From: an uncultured Chloroflexia bacterium
GTDB taxonomy: Bacteria > Chloroflexota > Limnocylindria > Limnocylindrales > CSP1-4
Length of the DNA stretch: 64,000 nucleotides
Direction: 5' to 3'
Assembly: GCA_963819655.1 (NCBI GenBank)
Contig: CAWFXA010000002.1
Location: 800,001 to 864,000, forward strand
Part shown: piece after piece, positions 1 to 9,478 of the stretch
Layout: every line of letters begins with the position of its first letter
Numbering within the stretch: position 1 is the stretch's first letter
Position numbers and translations under genes: made by a program
Notes under the pieces: model-generated
What the model was told of the DNA's origin: nothing
What the model saw: only the letters and a program-made list of their open reading frames with translations
The model's database searches: none

Positions 1-522
1 ATCGGCGACATCCTGCTCGACGACGTGCTGTCGAAGCGCGAGCAGATCAACGAAGTCCTGCGCGTGAAGATGGACGAAGTGACCGAGCGTTGGGGCGGCA
101 AGGTCACGACGGTCGAGATCCGCGAGATCATCCCGCCGCGCGACGTCCAGGACGCGATGAACCGACAGCTGTCCGCGGAGCGCACGCGGCGTGCCGTCAT
201 CATCGAGTCGGAGGGCGCGCGCCAATCGGCGATCAACGTCGCCGAGGGCACGAAGCAGGCCGAGATCCTGCGCGCCGAGGGCGATCGGCAGGCGGCCATC
301 CTGCGGGCCGAAGGCTTCGCATTGGCGCTCGAGCAGATCTACGGTGCGGCGTCGAAAGTCGACGAGAAGACGATGGCGCTGCAGTACCTCGAAGCGTTCA
401 AGGCGCTCGGCGCCAGCCCGTCGACGAAGTACGTGCTCCCGATGGAGATCACCAGTCTTGCCGAGTCGTTCCGCGGGTTCCTCGCGGCGTCGAACGAAGG
501 CGGTCCGCCGACGACCGGCTGA
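1..522 (+). CDS. SPFH/band 7 (stomatin/QmcA-like) protein, 5'-truncated by window edge
   Basis: Frame open from base 1; WGGKVTTVEIREIIPP...AMNRQLSAERTRRAVIIESEG...AEILRAEG...LQYLEA is typical of the SPFH C-terminal half. Confidence 0.9.
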   Translation: MGDILLDDVLSKREQINEVLRVKMDEVTERWGGKVTTVEIREIIPPRDVQDAMNRQLSAERTRRAVIIESEGARQSAINVAEGTKQAEILRAEGDRQAAILRAEGFALALEQIYGAASKVDEKTMALQYLEAFKALGASPSTKYVLPMEITSLAESFRGFLAASNEGGPPTTG

Positions 523-530
523 ATGGCGAT

Positions 531-554
531 GACCCCGGGTGGACACCCGGGGTC
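531..554. terminator. GC-rich hairpin between convergent genes, likely intrinsic terminator
   Basis: GACCCCGGGT-ggac-ACCCGGGGTC perfect 10-bp stem; no U-tract. Confidence 0.6.
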
Positions 555-583
555 GTGATCTCGGGACTGCCCCACGGGCGGGC

Positions 584-1291
584 TCAGCCTTGGACGGCGG
601 CCTCAGCGAACGACGCCATGTCCGTGTAGCGGGCATCGGGTGACGCATCCGCCGGCGGGGTCGCCCCCGCTCCTGGGCGATCGGACCGTCGATCGATCCA
701 CACCGTCGTGAGGCCGAGGCGCTTGGCCGGCACGTGGTCATGGAACAGGCTCTGGGCGACGTGCACGATGCGCTCGCGCGGGAGGCCCAACCGCTCGAAC
801 GCCGCCAGGAAGTTCGTCTCGTCGGGCTTGTACGAACCGACCTGCTGCGCCGTGACGATCCAGTCGAACTCGACGCCGAGTCGGCGGTTCGAGGCTGCAA
901 ACAGGTCGTCGTCGCAGTTCGTGATCACGCCGAGCCGGAAGCGCGTCTTGAGCCGGGCGAGAGCCGCACCGGAATCCGCGAAGGCGGGCCAGTCACCGAC
1001 CGATGCGGAGAACGCGGCGACCTCTTCGGCGGTCGGCGTGAAAGCGAGGTCCTCCGCGACGCCGCGGAGACTAACCGCCAGGACCTCTCGGTACGTGCGA
1101 TACGGGCCGGCCTCGGCTGCGGCCTCATGTCGGGCGAACCGCACGAGGAGCTCCTCATCGTCGGTCGTCGCGTCGTGGGCCTCGAGGATCGGTCTGAACG
1201 CTGCGGTCAGGCCGGCCTCCCAGTCGATCAGGGTCCCGTAGCAGTCGAAGGTGAGGGCCTCGACGCTCCCGTAGTCGATGGGCGTGGGCAC
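584..1291 (-). CDS. Haloacid dehalogenase type II (HAD superfamily hydrolase)
   Basis: FDCYGTLIDWE, ITNCD, YKPD and HVAQSLFHD motifs; GTG start at 1291 follows a GGAGG RBS. Confidence 0.9.
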   Translation of the reverse strand: MPTPIDYGSVEALTFDCYGTLIDWEAGLTAAFRPILEAHDATTDDEELLVRFARHEAAAEAGPYRTYREVLAVSLRGVAEDLAFTPTAEEVAAFSASVGDWPAFADSGAALARLKTRFRLGVITNCDDDLFAASNRRLGVEFDWIVTAQQVGSYKPDETNFLAAFERLGLPRERIVHVAQSLFHDHVPAKRLGLTTVWIDRRSDRPGAGATPPADASPDARYTDMASFAEAAVQG

Positions 1292-1389
1292 GGGGATCGG
1301 GTCCTCCTGCGGGTCGCCCAGTGGCAGCGAGGTAGCATGATCGGGTCGACCGAGGGAACTGTAGCCGGGAGGGCGCCGTCCGGAGCGCG

Positions 1390-2124
1390 ATGGATGACCT
1401 GGCGCGGTCCCTGATCCGGTCGGTGGCGATCGTCGTGCTCGTTGCCGCGTGTGCGGGTGCAGCGGCACCGTCGTCGAGCCCCGCGCCGTCCTTCGATGAC
1501 GGGCCTGTCACGACCGAGGAGCAGGCCATCGCGCGGGTGATCGCCCACGAGCCGCGGCTGGCGGGGATCGTGAAGCGCGACCCCGACATGATCGGCCAGT
1601 CGAGCTGGTACGAGGCCATGCCGGCATCCGGGGTCGGTGCGTTCATCGTCACCGTCCGGATCGGCTGGGGCGATTGCCAGGCTGGCTGCATCGACGAGCA
1701 CACGTGGGTCTACGCGGTGAGCCCGGATGGCAGCGTGACACTCCAATCGGAGGGCGGTGGCGCGGTCCCGGATTCAGCGTGGCCGGGGGGCGCAGGCGAG
1801 CAGCCTGGCCGCACCGGGATCCTCGTGACCGCCGTGGCCGGACCGACCTGTCCCGTCGAGACCATCCCGCCGGATCCGGCCTGTGCTCCACGCCCGGTCC
1901 CGGACACACTGATCGATGTCACCGATGGCGCCGGACGACAGGTCGCCCGGCAGGCGACCGACGGCACCGGCACGTCATTCTTCGAGCTGCCGCCGGGCGT
2001 GTACGTCGTCACCGTCGCAGATACCGGTGAGGGCTTCTTCGGCGTCCCCGACGCGCAGAAGGTCGAGGTGGTCGCCGGAGCCGTCGCACCCGTGACGATC
2101 GCCTTCGATACGGGCATCCGCTAA
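1390..2124 (+). CDS. Putative lipoprotein with C-terminal carboxypeptidase-regulatory/prealbumin-like domain
   Basis: Hydrophobic N-terminus with VAAC lipobox; GWGDCQAGC motif; AGPTCPVE...ACAPRP and LPPGVYVV. Confidence 0.7.
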   Translation: MDDLARSLIRSVAIVVLVAACAGAAAPSSSPAPSFDDGPVTTEEQAIARVIAHEPRLAGIVKRDPDMIGQSSWYEAMPASGVGAFIVTVRIGWGDCQAGCIDEHTWVYAVSPDGSVTLQSEGGGAVPDSAWPGGAGEQPGRTGILVTAVAGPTCPVETIPPDPACAPRPVPDTLIDVTDGAGRQVARQATDGTGTSFFELPPGVYVVTVADTGEGFFGVPDAQKVEVVAGAVAPVTIAFDTGIR

Positions 2125-2163
2125 CGGCGATTTCGGTGCCCGACGGCACCGCGACGGCATCCG

Positions 2164-2197
2164 GCAAGGTCCGCCGCAAGGTCGGCGACGGTACATT
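2164..2197 (+). promoter_or_regulatory. Direct-repeat element GCAAGGT-N5-GCAAGGT plus -10 (TACATT), copy A
   Basis: GCAAGGT 2164-2170 and 2176-2182; TACATT 2192-2197; ATG at 2204. Confidence 0.65.
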
Positions 2198-2203
2198 CCG
2201 CGC

Positions 2204-2866
2204 ATGCCCGTTCGGCCGCCTCGCACCAACCTCATCCACATCGGGATCATGGCCGCCGTGCTCATCGGCTCCCTCGTGACTGTCGCGCTCGCGTCGGGCG
2301 GGATCGGGCCGACCGCGACATCGGGAGCGGCCACGGCATCCGACTCTGGCGACAAGGCGAATAAGCCGGACAAGGCCAAGAAGGCCGATAAGGCGGATAA
2401 AGCCAAGAGCGTCGACGTGACCGTCAGCGGCACCCTCGGGACTCGCATCGCAGCCGACGGGTCGACCGAGTACACGCTCACATCCGGCGACACCGTGCTG
2501 CTCCTGGACGCCGGCCCGGCCTGGTTCTTCCGGGATGCCTATCCACTCGCACCGTTTGTCGGCAAGCAGGTCACGATCGGCGGCGAACAGAAGGAGGGCT
2601 CGACCAGCGTCGACGTCCTGACCGTGGATGGCACCGCGCTCCGCGAACCGGGCAAGCCGCCCTGGGCCGGCGGCTGGAAGAAGGTCGGCAAGGACCATCC
2701 GGGGTGGACGCAGGAGAAGGCCGATCGCCAGGCGGCCAAGCAGGCCGACAGGGCAGCCAAGCGGGCCGCCAAGATGGAGCGCTTCGGGCTCCAGTGCTGG
2801 CCTCCCGGCCACTGCAAGGACGGCTCTGCGAGCGACGTGAACCCGGGCGCCTCGACGGCGCCCTAG
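2204..2866 (+). CDS. Secreted or membrane-anchored hypothetical protein (small beta domain, KPPWAGG motif, Lys/Ala/Asp-rich linkers)
   Basis: N-terminal hydrophobic helix; coding-like codon usage; -10 box 6 nt before ATG. Confidence 0.7.
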   Translation: MPVRPPRTNLIHIGIMAAVLIGSLVTVALASGGIGPTATSGAATASDSGDKANKPDKAKKADKADKAKSVDVTVSGTLGTRIAADGSTEYTLTSGDTVLLLDAGPAWFFRDAYPLAPFVGKQVTIGGEQKEGSTSVDVLTVDGTALREPGKPPWAGGWKKVGKDHPGWTQEKADRQAAKQADRAAKRAAKMERFGLQCWPPGHCKDGSASDVNPGASTAP

Positions 2867-2948
2867 GACGACCCACCGACTTTTCGCGGCCCCGCTGGCC
2901 CGACGCGGTCCGGCGCGGCGCTGCGCACCCACCGCGTACGATGCCGTC

Positions 2949-3767
2949 ATGCGGCTGCCCGTCGCCCTCGTCCAGCTCGACGCGACCGGTGATGTCGAGG
3001 CGAACATCGATCGCGCCACCGCTCTCGCGGCCGAAGCCGCCGCGGGCGGCGCTCGCCTGGTCGTCCTGCCCGAGTACCTGCACTACCGGGGCGACGACCA
3101 TGGCTTCCGGGCGTCCGCACGACCGATTCCAGGGCCGTTCACCGAGGCATTCGCCGAGGTCGCGCGACGGCATGACGCGTGGATCCTCGCCGGCAGCGTC
3201 GCGGAGACCTCGGACGACGCCGCGTGTCCCTACAACACCAGTGTGCTGCTCGATCCGAGCGGCTCGATCGCGGCGACGTACCGCAAGATCCACCTCTTCG
3301 ACGTGTCCGTCGACGACGGCCCGGTCGATACCGAATCCGCCCGCGTCTCCCCCGGGGACACGCCGGTCGTTGCCGATGTCGACGGCGTGCGTGTCGGCCT
3401 GTCGGTGTGCTACGACCTCCGCTTCCCGGAGCTGTATCGCACGTTGGCGCTGGCTGGCGCTGAAGTGCTTGCGGTCCCCTCCAACTTCACAGAGCGAACG
3501 GGCCGCGATCATTGGGAGGTGCTACTCCGCGCGCGAGCGATCGAAAACGGCGCGTGGGTCCTGGCTCCTGGCCAGTCGGGCGGACCACCCGGGCAGCCGG
3601 CGTTCGGGCGGTCGATGGTCATCGATCCGTGGGGCACCGTCGTGGCCCAGGCGTCCGACGGCGTCGGCATCATCCGGGCGGACGTGGAGACGGACCGCGT
3701 CGCCGCGGTCCGTCGTCAGATCCCGTCTCTGGCCAACCGGCGACCCGAGGCCTACCGGCTGGCGTAG
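2949..3767 (+). CDS. Carbon-nitrogen hydrolase (Nit1/deaminated glutathione amidase-like)
   Basis: LPE, YRKIHLFD, CYDLRFPE catalytic triad motifs; HWEVLLRARAIEN. Confidence 0.92.
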   Translation: MRLPVALVQLDATGDVEANIDRATALAAEAAAGGARLVVLPEYLHYRGDDHGFRASARPIPGPFTEAFAEVARRHDAWILAGSVAETSDDAACPYNTSVLLDPSGSIAATYRKIHLFDVSVDDGPVDTESARVSPGDTPVVADVDGVRVGLSVCYDLRFPELYRTLALAGAEVLAVPSNFTERTGRDHWEVLLRARAIENGAWVLAPGQSGGPPGQPAFGRSMVIDPWGTVVAQASDGVGIIRADVETDRVAAVRRQIPSLANRRPEAYRLA

Positions 3768-3785
3768 GCGGCCCGCTGGGCCGCC
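3767..3785. terminator. Hairpin between nitrilase gene and Tad cassette 3
   Basis: GGCGGCCC-gct-GGGCCGCC between convergent stop codons. Confidence 0.5.
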
Positions 3786-3793
3786 GACGACCG

Positions 3794-4927
3794 CTACTTC
3801 ACGAGCTGGATGCCGATAGCACCGGCTCCCTGGATGGGTCCGCCGCTCACGGCGCCCGTGGTGATGTACCGGACGAACCAGCCGGCGATGCAGCTGCTGC
3901 TGCCGTTGCCGGCGATCGGGACGAGCGTGGTCCCGTTGCCCTGGCAGGCCAGGTTGTGGCCCCCGTTCTGATCCGACATGTAGTCGAGGAAGAATGCGGC
4001 GACCCGGATGATGTGGTACGTGGCGTGACTGCCGCCGGACGTCGTGCAGTCACCGTCGCAGATCGGGATGAACACGACCTTGCCGGAATAAGCATTGACC
4101 GCGTCGACCATCGGCTTGGCACAGTTGTTGCCGTTGTCCGAGTTGACGGTCACGGGGAAGCTCGCGAACTGGACCGCCGGCGGGTTGGTGACTTCGTCGT
4201 CGCAGTTGTTGGGATTCCCGTCGAGGTCGAGAACCATGAACGAGCCGCCACCGGTCTTGCACAGGGGCACGATGTATTCCTGGCCCTCGGGGTTGGAGTC
4301 GAGATCCGCGCCGTCAGGATTGCTGATCTGCCAATTGATCTCGCCGGTGCCTAGATCGCCGTTGACGTCGCAGTCGACGATGTTGACCGGGAAGACGACG
4401 GGCATGATCAGGCCACCTGAAAGGGCGCCAGCCACCGACGTCGCCTCGGCGGAGGCGGTGAACTGGTTCATTCCGAGCACTCGAGCGAACGTCGTATCGA
4501 AGTTCTGCGATCCCATGGCCTGGACGCCCTGGGCGTTGGGCGGGATCACGCCATCGCCGACCCGAGCGGCCGAGCCAAGCCCTCCGGAGGGAGTGCCGCC
4601 GTTGTTCAGCAGTTGCCCGGTCACATCGGTGTAATAGCCGAGGTACGAGCCGAGCGCATTCAGGCCAGACACCCTCGTCATCGCAGCGGCGACATTCGAA
4701 TCCGTTTTCGCTGTGCCGCCGAGATTCTCCGCCAGGACCGTGGCGCCGGCGTTCGCGATGGCGTCGGCGCCGTTCTGTGCCTGGCGCTGGTGGGCATACG
4801 CGTTGCCGGCCTCCAGGACCAGGGCGACTCCGCCGATCAGGGAGATCATCGCCATGGCAGCGATGACGATCACCTGGCCTCGTGGCCGCCGGGTGGAGAC
4901 GTGGCGAGTCATCGGTTTCCCTCTCAT
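3794..4927 (-). CDS. TadG-like pseudopilin (Tad N-terminal domain), cassette 3
   Basis: RPRG|QVIVIAA prepilin site, hydrophobic helix, AQNGADAIANAGA; Cys-rich C-terminal domain with YHIIRVAAFFL. Confidence 0.85.
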   Translation of the reverse strand: MRGKPMTRHVSTRRPRGQVIVIAAMAMISLIGGVALVLEAGNAYAHQRQAQNGADAIANAGATVLAENLGGTAKTDSNVAAAMTRVSGLNALGSYLGYYTDVTGQLLNNGGTPSGGLGSAARVGDGVIPPNAQGVQAMGSQNFDTTFARVLGMNQFTASAEATSVAGALSGGLIMPVVFPVNIVDCDVNGDLGTGEINWQISNPDGADLDSNPEGQEYIVPLCKTGGGSFMVLDLDGNPNNCDDEVTNPPAVQFASFPVTVNSDNGNNCAKPMVDAVNAYSGKVVFIPICDGDCTTSGGSHATYHIIRVAAFFLDYMSDQNGGHNLACQGNGTTLVPIAGNGSSSCIAGWFVRYITTGAVSGGPIQGAGAIGIQLVK

Positions 4928-5436
4928 GGTTGCTTGGGGCAGTTGGCTGCGGCGGCGCCGTCGTTCCGGTTGGCCGGGCAGCTGAACTCCACGGACAGCG
5001 TGGAGGTGGCAGTGAAGGTCACGCCGTTCTTGAAGACGATGTTCCCGATGAGCGGCGTGATCGGTTGATAGGTGGCTTCGAAACTGACGGTGGCCATGCA
5101 GCCGACGGCGATCTGGCTCAACGCACAGGGGACCGCCGTGTTCGGTGTCCCGTCGGCGTTCACCTGGTAGAAGTCCACCTGGACGCTCGGATCGTTGAGC
5201 TCGACGATCGCGGTCTGCTGCTTCGCGCGCGCCACGATGCTCGGCTTGTACTGGTTCACGATCGCCATACGCGCCCCTTCGCGCGCTGCGTTCGTTAGCG
5301 TGTTGTAAGCGAAGACGGCTCGACCGAGGTCGAAGATCGCCACCAGCAGAAGGATGAAGATCGGCAGGACGAGCGCGAACTCGACGAGGGCCTGGCCACG
5401 CTTCGCTCCGCGGGGGCGTCGACGGAAGGTATTCAT
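4924..5436 (-). CDS. TadE-family pseudopilin, cassette 3
   Basis: KRG|QALVEFALVLP...NAAREGAR; ATG at 5436 overlaps upstream stop (ATGA). Confidence 0.9.
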   Translation of the reverse strand: MNTFRRRPRGAKRGQALVEFALVLPIFILLLVAIFDLGRAVFAYNTLTNAAREGARMAIVNQYKPSIVARAKQQTAIVELNDPSVQVDFYQVNADGTPNTAVPCALSQIAVGCMATVSFEATYQPITPLIGNIVFKNGVTFTATSTLSVEFSCPANRNDGAAAANCPKQP

Positions 5437-6662
5437 GGATTGTTCACCGTCACGCTGCTGCTGCATGGAACCTGCGATGCCGCCGTGATCGACTGCGACA
5501 GGATCGTGAAGTTGCCGTTCGGGGCGCCTGGACCGTTGCTGACCGTGCCGGTGAAGCTCGCCGCGTTCCATACCGCCTGGGCGTTGTTGCGCTTCACGCC
5601 GTCGAGACTTGGGACCGTGCACAGGGCGGTGCCCAGCGAGATCGTCTTGGTGGCGCTCTCCGGCCCAGTCGGGTAGGTCACCGTCAGCGTCACGTCATAC
5701 GAGCCGGCCGAGCTATACCCGTGGCTCGTGGTGGTCCCGGTGCCAGTGCCTTCACCCGCCCCGAACGTCCAGTCGTAGCTCGTGCCACCGGGTGACGAGG
5801 CGTCGGTGAAGTCCACCGTCGCCGGCGCGTTCGGACCCGACATGGCGTAGGTGAAATCGACCGTCGTGGGCAACCCCACGTTCACGGTCATCGATTCGGT
5901 GGTGGATCCCCACGCGTTCGTCGCCCTCATCGTCACGACGTACGACCCCGGCAGGAGGAACTGGTGGTCCAGCGGGTCCTGCAGCGGCGATGTAGTGCCG
6001 TCGTCCGGGAACGTCCACAGCCATTCCGTCGGGCTGCCGCCCGACGTGTCCCGGAAGGTGACGGTAAACGGCGCGGTCCCACTGACTGAGTTCGGCGCGA
6101 GCGTCCCGTTGCCCGTGAAGGCGGCGTTCGGTGCGCTCCCCACTGGCCCACCACCGCCGGTCGACGTCATCCCGCTCTTGACCGGGAACACCGACGACGA
6201 CGCCACCGAGATCGAGCCACCAAGGACGTCCCGGATCCCCGGGGTGATTAGGTTGAACGTGCAGGACAGCGCGACCGATGCGGAGTCGCCGATGTCGTCG
6301 GCGGCGCCGTTGCCGCCGGTGTCACTGAATGTCGGATCCGGGGCAGTCGTCACCCCACTGACCGTCGGCAGCTGGCAGTTCGTCGCGGCCGCGTCGTTGC
6401 GGATCTGGTTCTGGTACTTGGCCTGGACGGCAACATCGCCGCCGCCCTGCCATGCCGTGGGGTTGTTCGCGGCGAGGTTGGCCGCGATCCGGCTCATGCT
6501 CTGGAGGTTGATCCAGCCGAGGTAGACCCGACCGAAATCGAGCGCCACGAGGGTCAGGTACAACAGGATCGGCAGGACGATCGCGAACTCGACGAGGCTC
6601 TGGCCTCGGCGGCGGCGGTGGCGGTCGTTCCTGAGCCCGTCGGTGGGTCGCATGAAGCGCAT
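5433..6662 (-). CDS. TadE-family pseudopilin with two PKD domains and C-terminal PASTA-like domain, cassette 3
   Basis: RRG|QSLVEFAIVLP; PKD motifs WLWTFPDD..H..PGSYVV and YDWTFGAG..HGY..AGSYDVTLTV; C-terminal CTVPSLDG..AQAVW..ILSQS..VPC. Confidence 0.85.
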   Translation of the reverse strand: MRFMRPTDGLRNDRHRRRRGQSLVEFAIVLPILLYLTLVALDFGRVYLGWINLQSMSRIAANLAANNPTAWQGGGDVAVQAKYQNQIRNDAAATNCQLPTVSGVTTAPDPTFSDTGGNGAADDIGDSASVALSCTFNLITPGIRDVLGGSISVASSSVFPVKSGMTSTGGGGPVGSAPNAAFTGNGTLAPNSVSGTAPFTVTFRDTSGGSPTEWLWTFPDDGTTSPLQDPLDHQFLLPGSYVVTMRATNAWGSTTESMTVNVGLPTTVDFTYAMSGPNAPATVDFTDASSPGGTSYDWTFGAGEGTGTGTTTSHGYSSAGSYDVTLTVTYPTGPESATKTISLGTALCTVPSLDGVKRNNAQAVWNAASFTGTVSNGPGAPNGNFTILSQSITAASQVPCSSSVTVNNP

Positions 6663-6701
6663 CAAGGGTTTCCTGCGTGCGGATTCGGAGAGGTGCGGCC
6701 G

Positions 6702-6734
6702 ATGCTCGGCGTAGCACCTTTCACGGTCCCTTGA
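6702..6734 (-). promoter_or_regulatory. Degenerate direct-repeat element TCAAGGG-N5-GAAAGGT plus -10-like GAGCAT, copy B
   Basis: Minus-strand repeats at 6728-6734 and 6716-6722, same 12-bp period; hexamer at 6702-6707. Confidence 0.5.
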
Positions 6735-6831
6735 ATCGGTGCGCGACTGCATAGCCCGAACGGCCTACTGCCCGGGCACGATGGTCAGGCGGTTCGCACG
6801 CTGCCGCGGCCAGGGATCGCCTCGGAATCGA

Positions 6832-6858
6832 GAGAGCCGCGCCCCCAGCGCGGCTCTC
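6832..6858 (-). terminator. Hairpin closing Tad cassette 2
   Basis: GAGAGCCGCGC-cccca-GCGCGGCTCTC 11-bp stem, about 20 nt after the 6880 stop. Confidence 0.6.
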
Positions 6859-6879
6859 CGAGGTGTTGTCGCTGCGTTC

Positions 6880-7881
6880 CTAGTCGATGAGCTTGATCAC
6901 ATAGGTGCCGTGGAAGAATCCGGCGCAAGCGGAGTCGGTGATGGCGCACACGTCATCGGCCGATGCGCTCCGGGTGATGCCCGTCAGGAAGTAGCCGGTG
7001 ATCGTCCCTTCCTCGCCGCCGCCGTTCTTCGCGGCGCTCACGACGTGGAACAGCGCCCATCCGCGGAAGCAGCCGACGTCGTGGGTCCCGTCGTTGCAAT
7101 GGGTCTGGCCGGGGATGGGAGGTCCGACGATGGGGACGGCGACGTTGAGTCCGGCGAGCGTCGTGTTGACGCTCGGCTGACTCGGTGAATTCGTATCGAA
7201 CAGCGCGTTGTGGACGCCGTTGTTGCTCTGGCCGATGTAGTCATTGAGCGCGAGGTCACCGTTGATCGGCGCCGTGCCATCCAGGGCGTCCGAGACGTCC
7301 CTGGTGGAGACGTTGCCCGTCCCAAGATTCGTCCAGGCCACGTTGAGCACCGTGAGCGGTGAGTCGCTGCCCTGACCATGGGTCTTCGTGAAGTCGGTCG
7401 GAGTCGTGTACGGCTCGAACGGAAGACCGGAGACCGGGTCGAAGATCTCCTGACTGAGGATGAACGGGGCGACCCCGGAGAACTTCGTCGGGATCCCGGT
7501 GAGCGCCGTCGCGGTGACACTGACCTGCCAGGTCGGCTGCCCGACCACGCCCGCGAAGTAGTTCGAGTGGGGCGCGCTTATGTCGACCTTGACTGTCTTC
7601 GGCGTGGTGCTCACGTTGACCGTGACACCACCGGTCCCATGGGTGTACTCGTTGGCCGCCGCCGCAGCCTGGGCAGCGGCAGTCGGGTTCTGGCCATTGA
7701 GCAGCGCGTTCGCTCCGGCGAAGGCCGCGAGGTCGGCCGCATTCTGCTCGCTTCGGCGTTGGGCGAACGCAAACCCCCCGTCGATCACCAGGCCCACGCC
7801 CGCGATGATCGCCACCAAGGCGACCACGAAGATGACGAGGATCTGGCCGCGCTGGTCAGATCGGCTATTGGATCTGCGCAC
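6880..7881 (-). CDS. TadG-like pseudopilin, cassette 2
   Basis: QRG|QILVIFVV, LVIDGG, QNAADLAAFAGA; C-terminal FRGWALFHV. Confidence 0.88.
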   Translation of the reverse strand: MRRSNSRSDQRGQILVIFVVALVAIIAGVGLVIDGGFAFAQRRSEQNAADLAAFAGANALLNGQNPTAAAQAAAAANEYTHGTGGVTVNVSTTPKTVKVDISAPHSNYFAGVVGQPTWQVSVTATALTGIPTKFSGVAPFILSQEIFDPVSGLPFEPYTTPTDFTKTHGQGSDSPLTVLNVAWTNLGTGNVSTRDVSDALDGTAPINGDLALNDYIGQSNNGVHNALFDTNSPSQPSVNTTLAGLNVAVPIVGPPIPGQTHCNDGTHDVGCFRGWALFHVVSAAKNGGGEEGTITGYFLTGITRSASADDVCAITDSACAGFFHGTYVIKLID

Positions 7882-8308
7882 TGCTACTTCCCTCCATGGT
7901 CCACGTGCCGGTCAGCCCAAGCAACGGCGTGACGGGTTGGTACGGTGCCGTGATCTCCACTTGGACCGAGTGCTTGCTGAAATCACACGGATTAGGCGCG
8001 ACGGGTGCCCCGCTTTCGTCGACGCAGCTGATGGTCGGGTTGGCGAGGCCGGGAATCAGGCCTCTCTGCGTCGCGAGGACGTTCTGTGTCTCGGTACTGC
8101 CGCCTGGTGTACAGGTCAGTGCATCCGGGACGGCGCAGGGATGGACACTCGTTACCCGCGCGAGCTCGCGCGCGGCCTGGGAGACCCCGTTGAACTTGTA
8201 GATCGCCATGCCGAAGTCGACGACGCCCATCAGGATCACCAGGAAGACGATGATGGTCAGCGCGAATTCGACGACGGCCTGACCGGCGAACGATCGAGTC
8301 CTGCTCAT
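7865..8308 (-). CDS. TadE-family pseudopilin, cassette 2
   Basis: AG|QAVVEFAL...QAARELAR, YQPVTPLL; ATGA overlap with upstream gene. Confidence 0.88.
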   Translation of the reverse strand: MSRTRSFAGQAVVEFALTIIVFLVILMGVVDFGMAIYKFNGVSQAARELARVTSVHPCAVPDALTCTPGGSTETQNVLATQRGLIPGLANPTISCVDESGAPVAPNPCDFSKHSVQVEITAPYQPVTPLLGLTGTWTMEGSSSAQIQ

Positions 8309-9309
8309 GGCGATGTCACGGTCTGCGTCGCCGTCACCGTGCACGTGCCGGCGTTGTTCGTCGCCGTGACGGTGACCGAGTGCGGGCCGGTCGAGGGGAA
8401 GTTCACGGTCGGGCTCTTGCCGGTCGCGGTGATCGCGCCCGTCCAGGCGAATGCCCACGGCCCACCCGACGATGGTGTGAGGGTCGCATCGAGGTCCATC
8501 CGGTGCGGGAACGACCTGTTCGACTTGTCGGTCGCGGTGAAGGCGATCGTCGGACAGACCGGCGGAGGTCCGGTGCCCGTGACCGTGATCACCGCGGTAT
8601 CGGTGTCGGTCTGGCCGCGGCTGTCAGTGATGGTGAGGACGACGGTGTGCGAACCCACGGAGAACGAGTGATTGATCGTCATCCCCGATCCACCGAAGCT
8701 CCAGAGGTATGACGTGATCGTCGCTCCGGGCGAACTCGACCCTGAGGCGTTGAAGGAAACGTCGAGTGGCTCCGGCCCACTCATCGGGCTAGCCGTGAAC
8801 GCGGCGATGGGGTCGGGAACGGACGGGAACGTGACCTGTGGGACGACCAGACACTGCGCCTCAGCCGTCGCGTGGAGCACCACGTTCGAGCCGACGATCG
8901 AACCGATGATCGGCGTCACCATCCGGAATGGCGCCGACACCTCGACCGAGACGTTCGGCGGCCCCCCTGGCGGATACATCGCGTCCTTCACGCAGGTCGC
9001 TGGCGTCAGGGTGACGCGTGCCTGCTCGACCTCGACGAAGCCTCCCTGGGCCTCGGTCAGAGCGCCGCACATCACGGTGTTGGTGTCGCTGCAGGGCTGG
9101 TTGCTCTGGTACGTGCCGCCCTGGGATGCGACGAGCGCCCCCTCCTTCGCCGCGTTCGTGATCGTGATCTGCGAGTACAGCAAGCGGCCCAGGTCCAGGG
9201 CGGTGAGCAGCAGGAGAAGGAAGACCGGCGCGACGAGCGCGAGCTCGACGAGGCTTTGGCCTCGCGAGCGAGCGGACCGACCGCGACGTGACGGACGGAT
9301 GATGAGCAT
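8305..9309 (-). CDS. TadE-family pseudopilin with PKD domain(s), cassette 2
   Basis: SRG|QSLVELALVAP...NAAKEGA; PIAAFTASP..FNASGSS..ITSYLWSFG..H..VVLTITD; GGGGG RBS before ATG 9309. Confidence 0.88.
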   Translation of the reverse strand: MLIIRPSRRGRSARSRGQSLVELALVAPVFLLLLLTALDLGRLLYSQITITNAAKEGALVASQGGTYQSNQPCSDTNTVMCGALTEAQGGFVEVEQARVTLTPATCVKDAMYPPGGPPNVSVEVSAPFRMVTPIIGSIVGSNVVLHATAEAQCLVVPQVTFPSVPDPIAAFTASPMSGPEPLDVSFNASGSSSPGATITSYLWSFGGSGMTINHSFSVGSHTVVLTITDSRGQTDTDTAVITVTGTGPPPVCPTIAFTATDKSNRSFPHRMDLDATLTPSSGGPWAFAWTGAITATGKSPTVNFPSTGPHSVTVTATNNAGTCTVTATQTVTSP

Positions 9310-9343
9310 GAGTCCCCCGACAGGCTGGTACGAAAGTCCCGGA

Positions 9344-9376
9344 ATGGTCGCACCGGCACCTTGCACGTCACCTTGC
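9344..9376 (-). promoter_or_regulatory. Direct-repeat element GCAAGGT-N5-GCAAGGT plus -10-like GACCAT, copy C
   Basis: ACCTTGC on + strand at 9358-9364 and 9370-9376; hexamer at 9344-9349. Confidence 0.65.
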
Positions 9377-9478
9377 TAGCGGTGCCGTTGGGCGACACCG
9401 GGAGCCCCGATGGGGTACCTCGACGGGGGACCAGTGGGTCAGTTGTCGGGCGGTCGCGCGCGGCGCACGATCGGCCCC

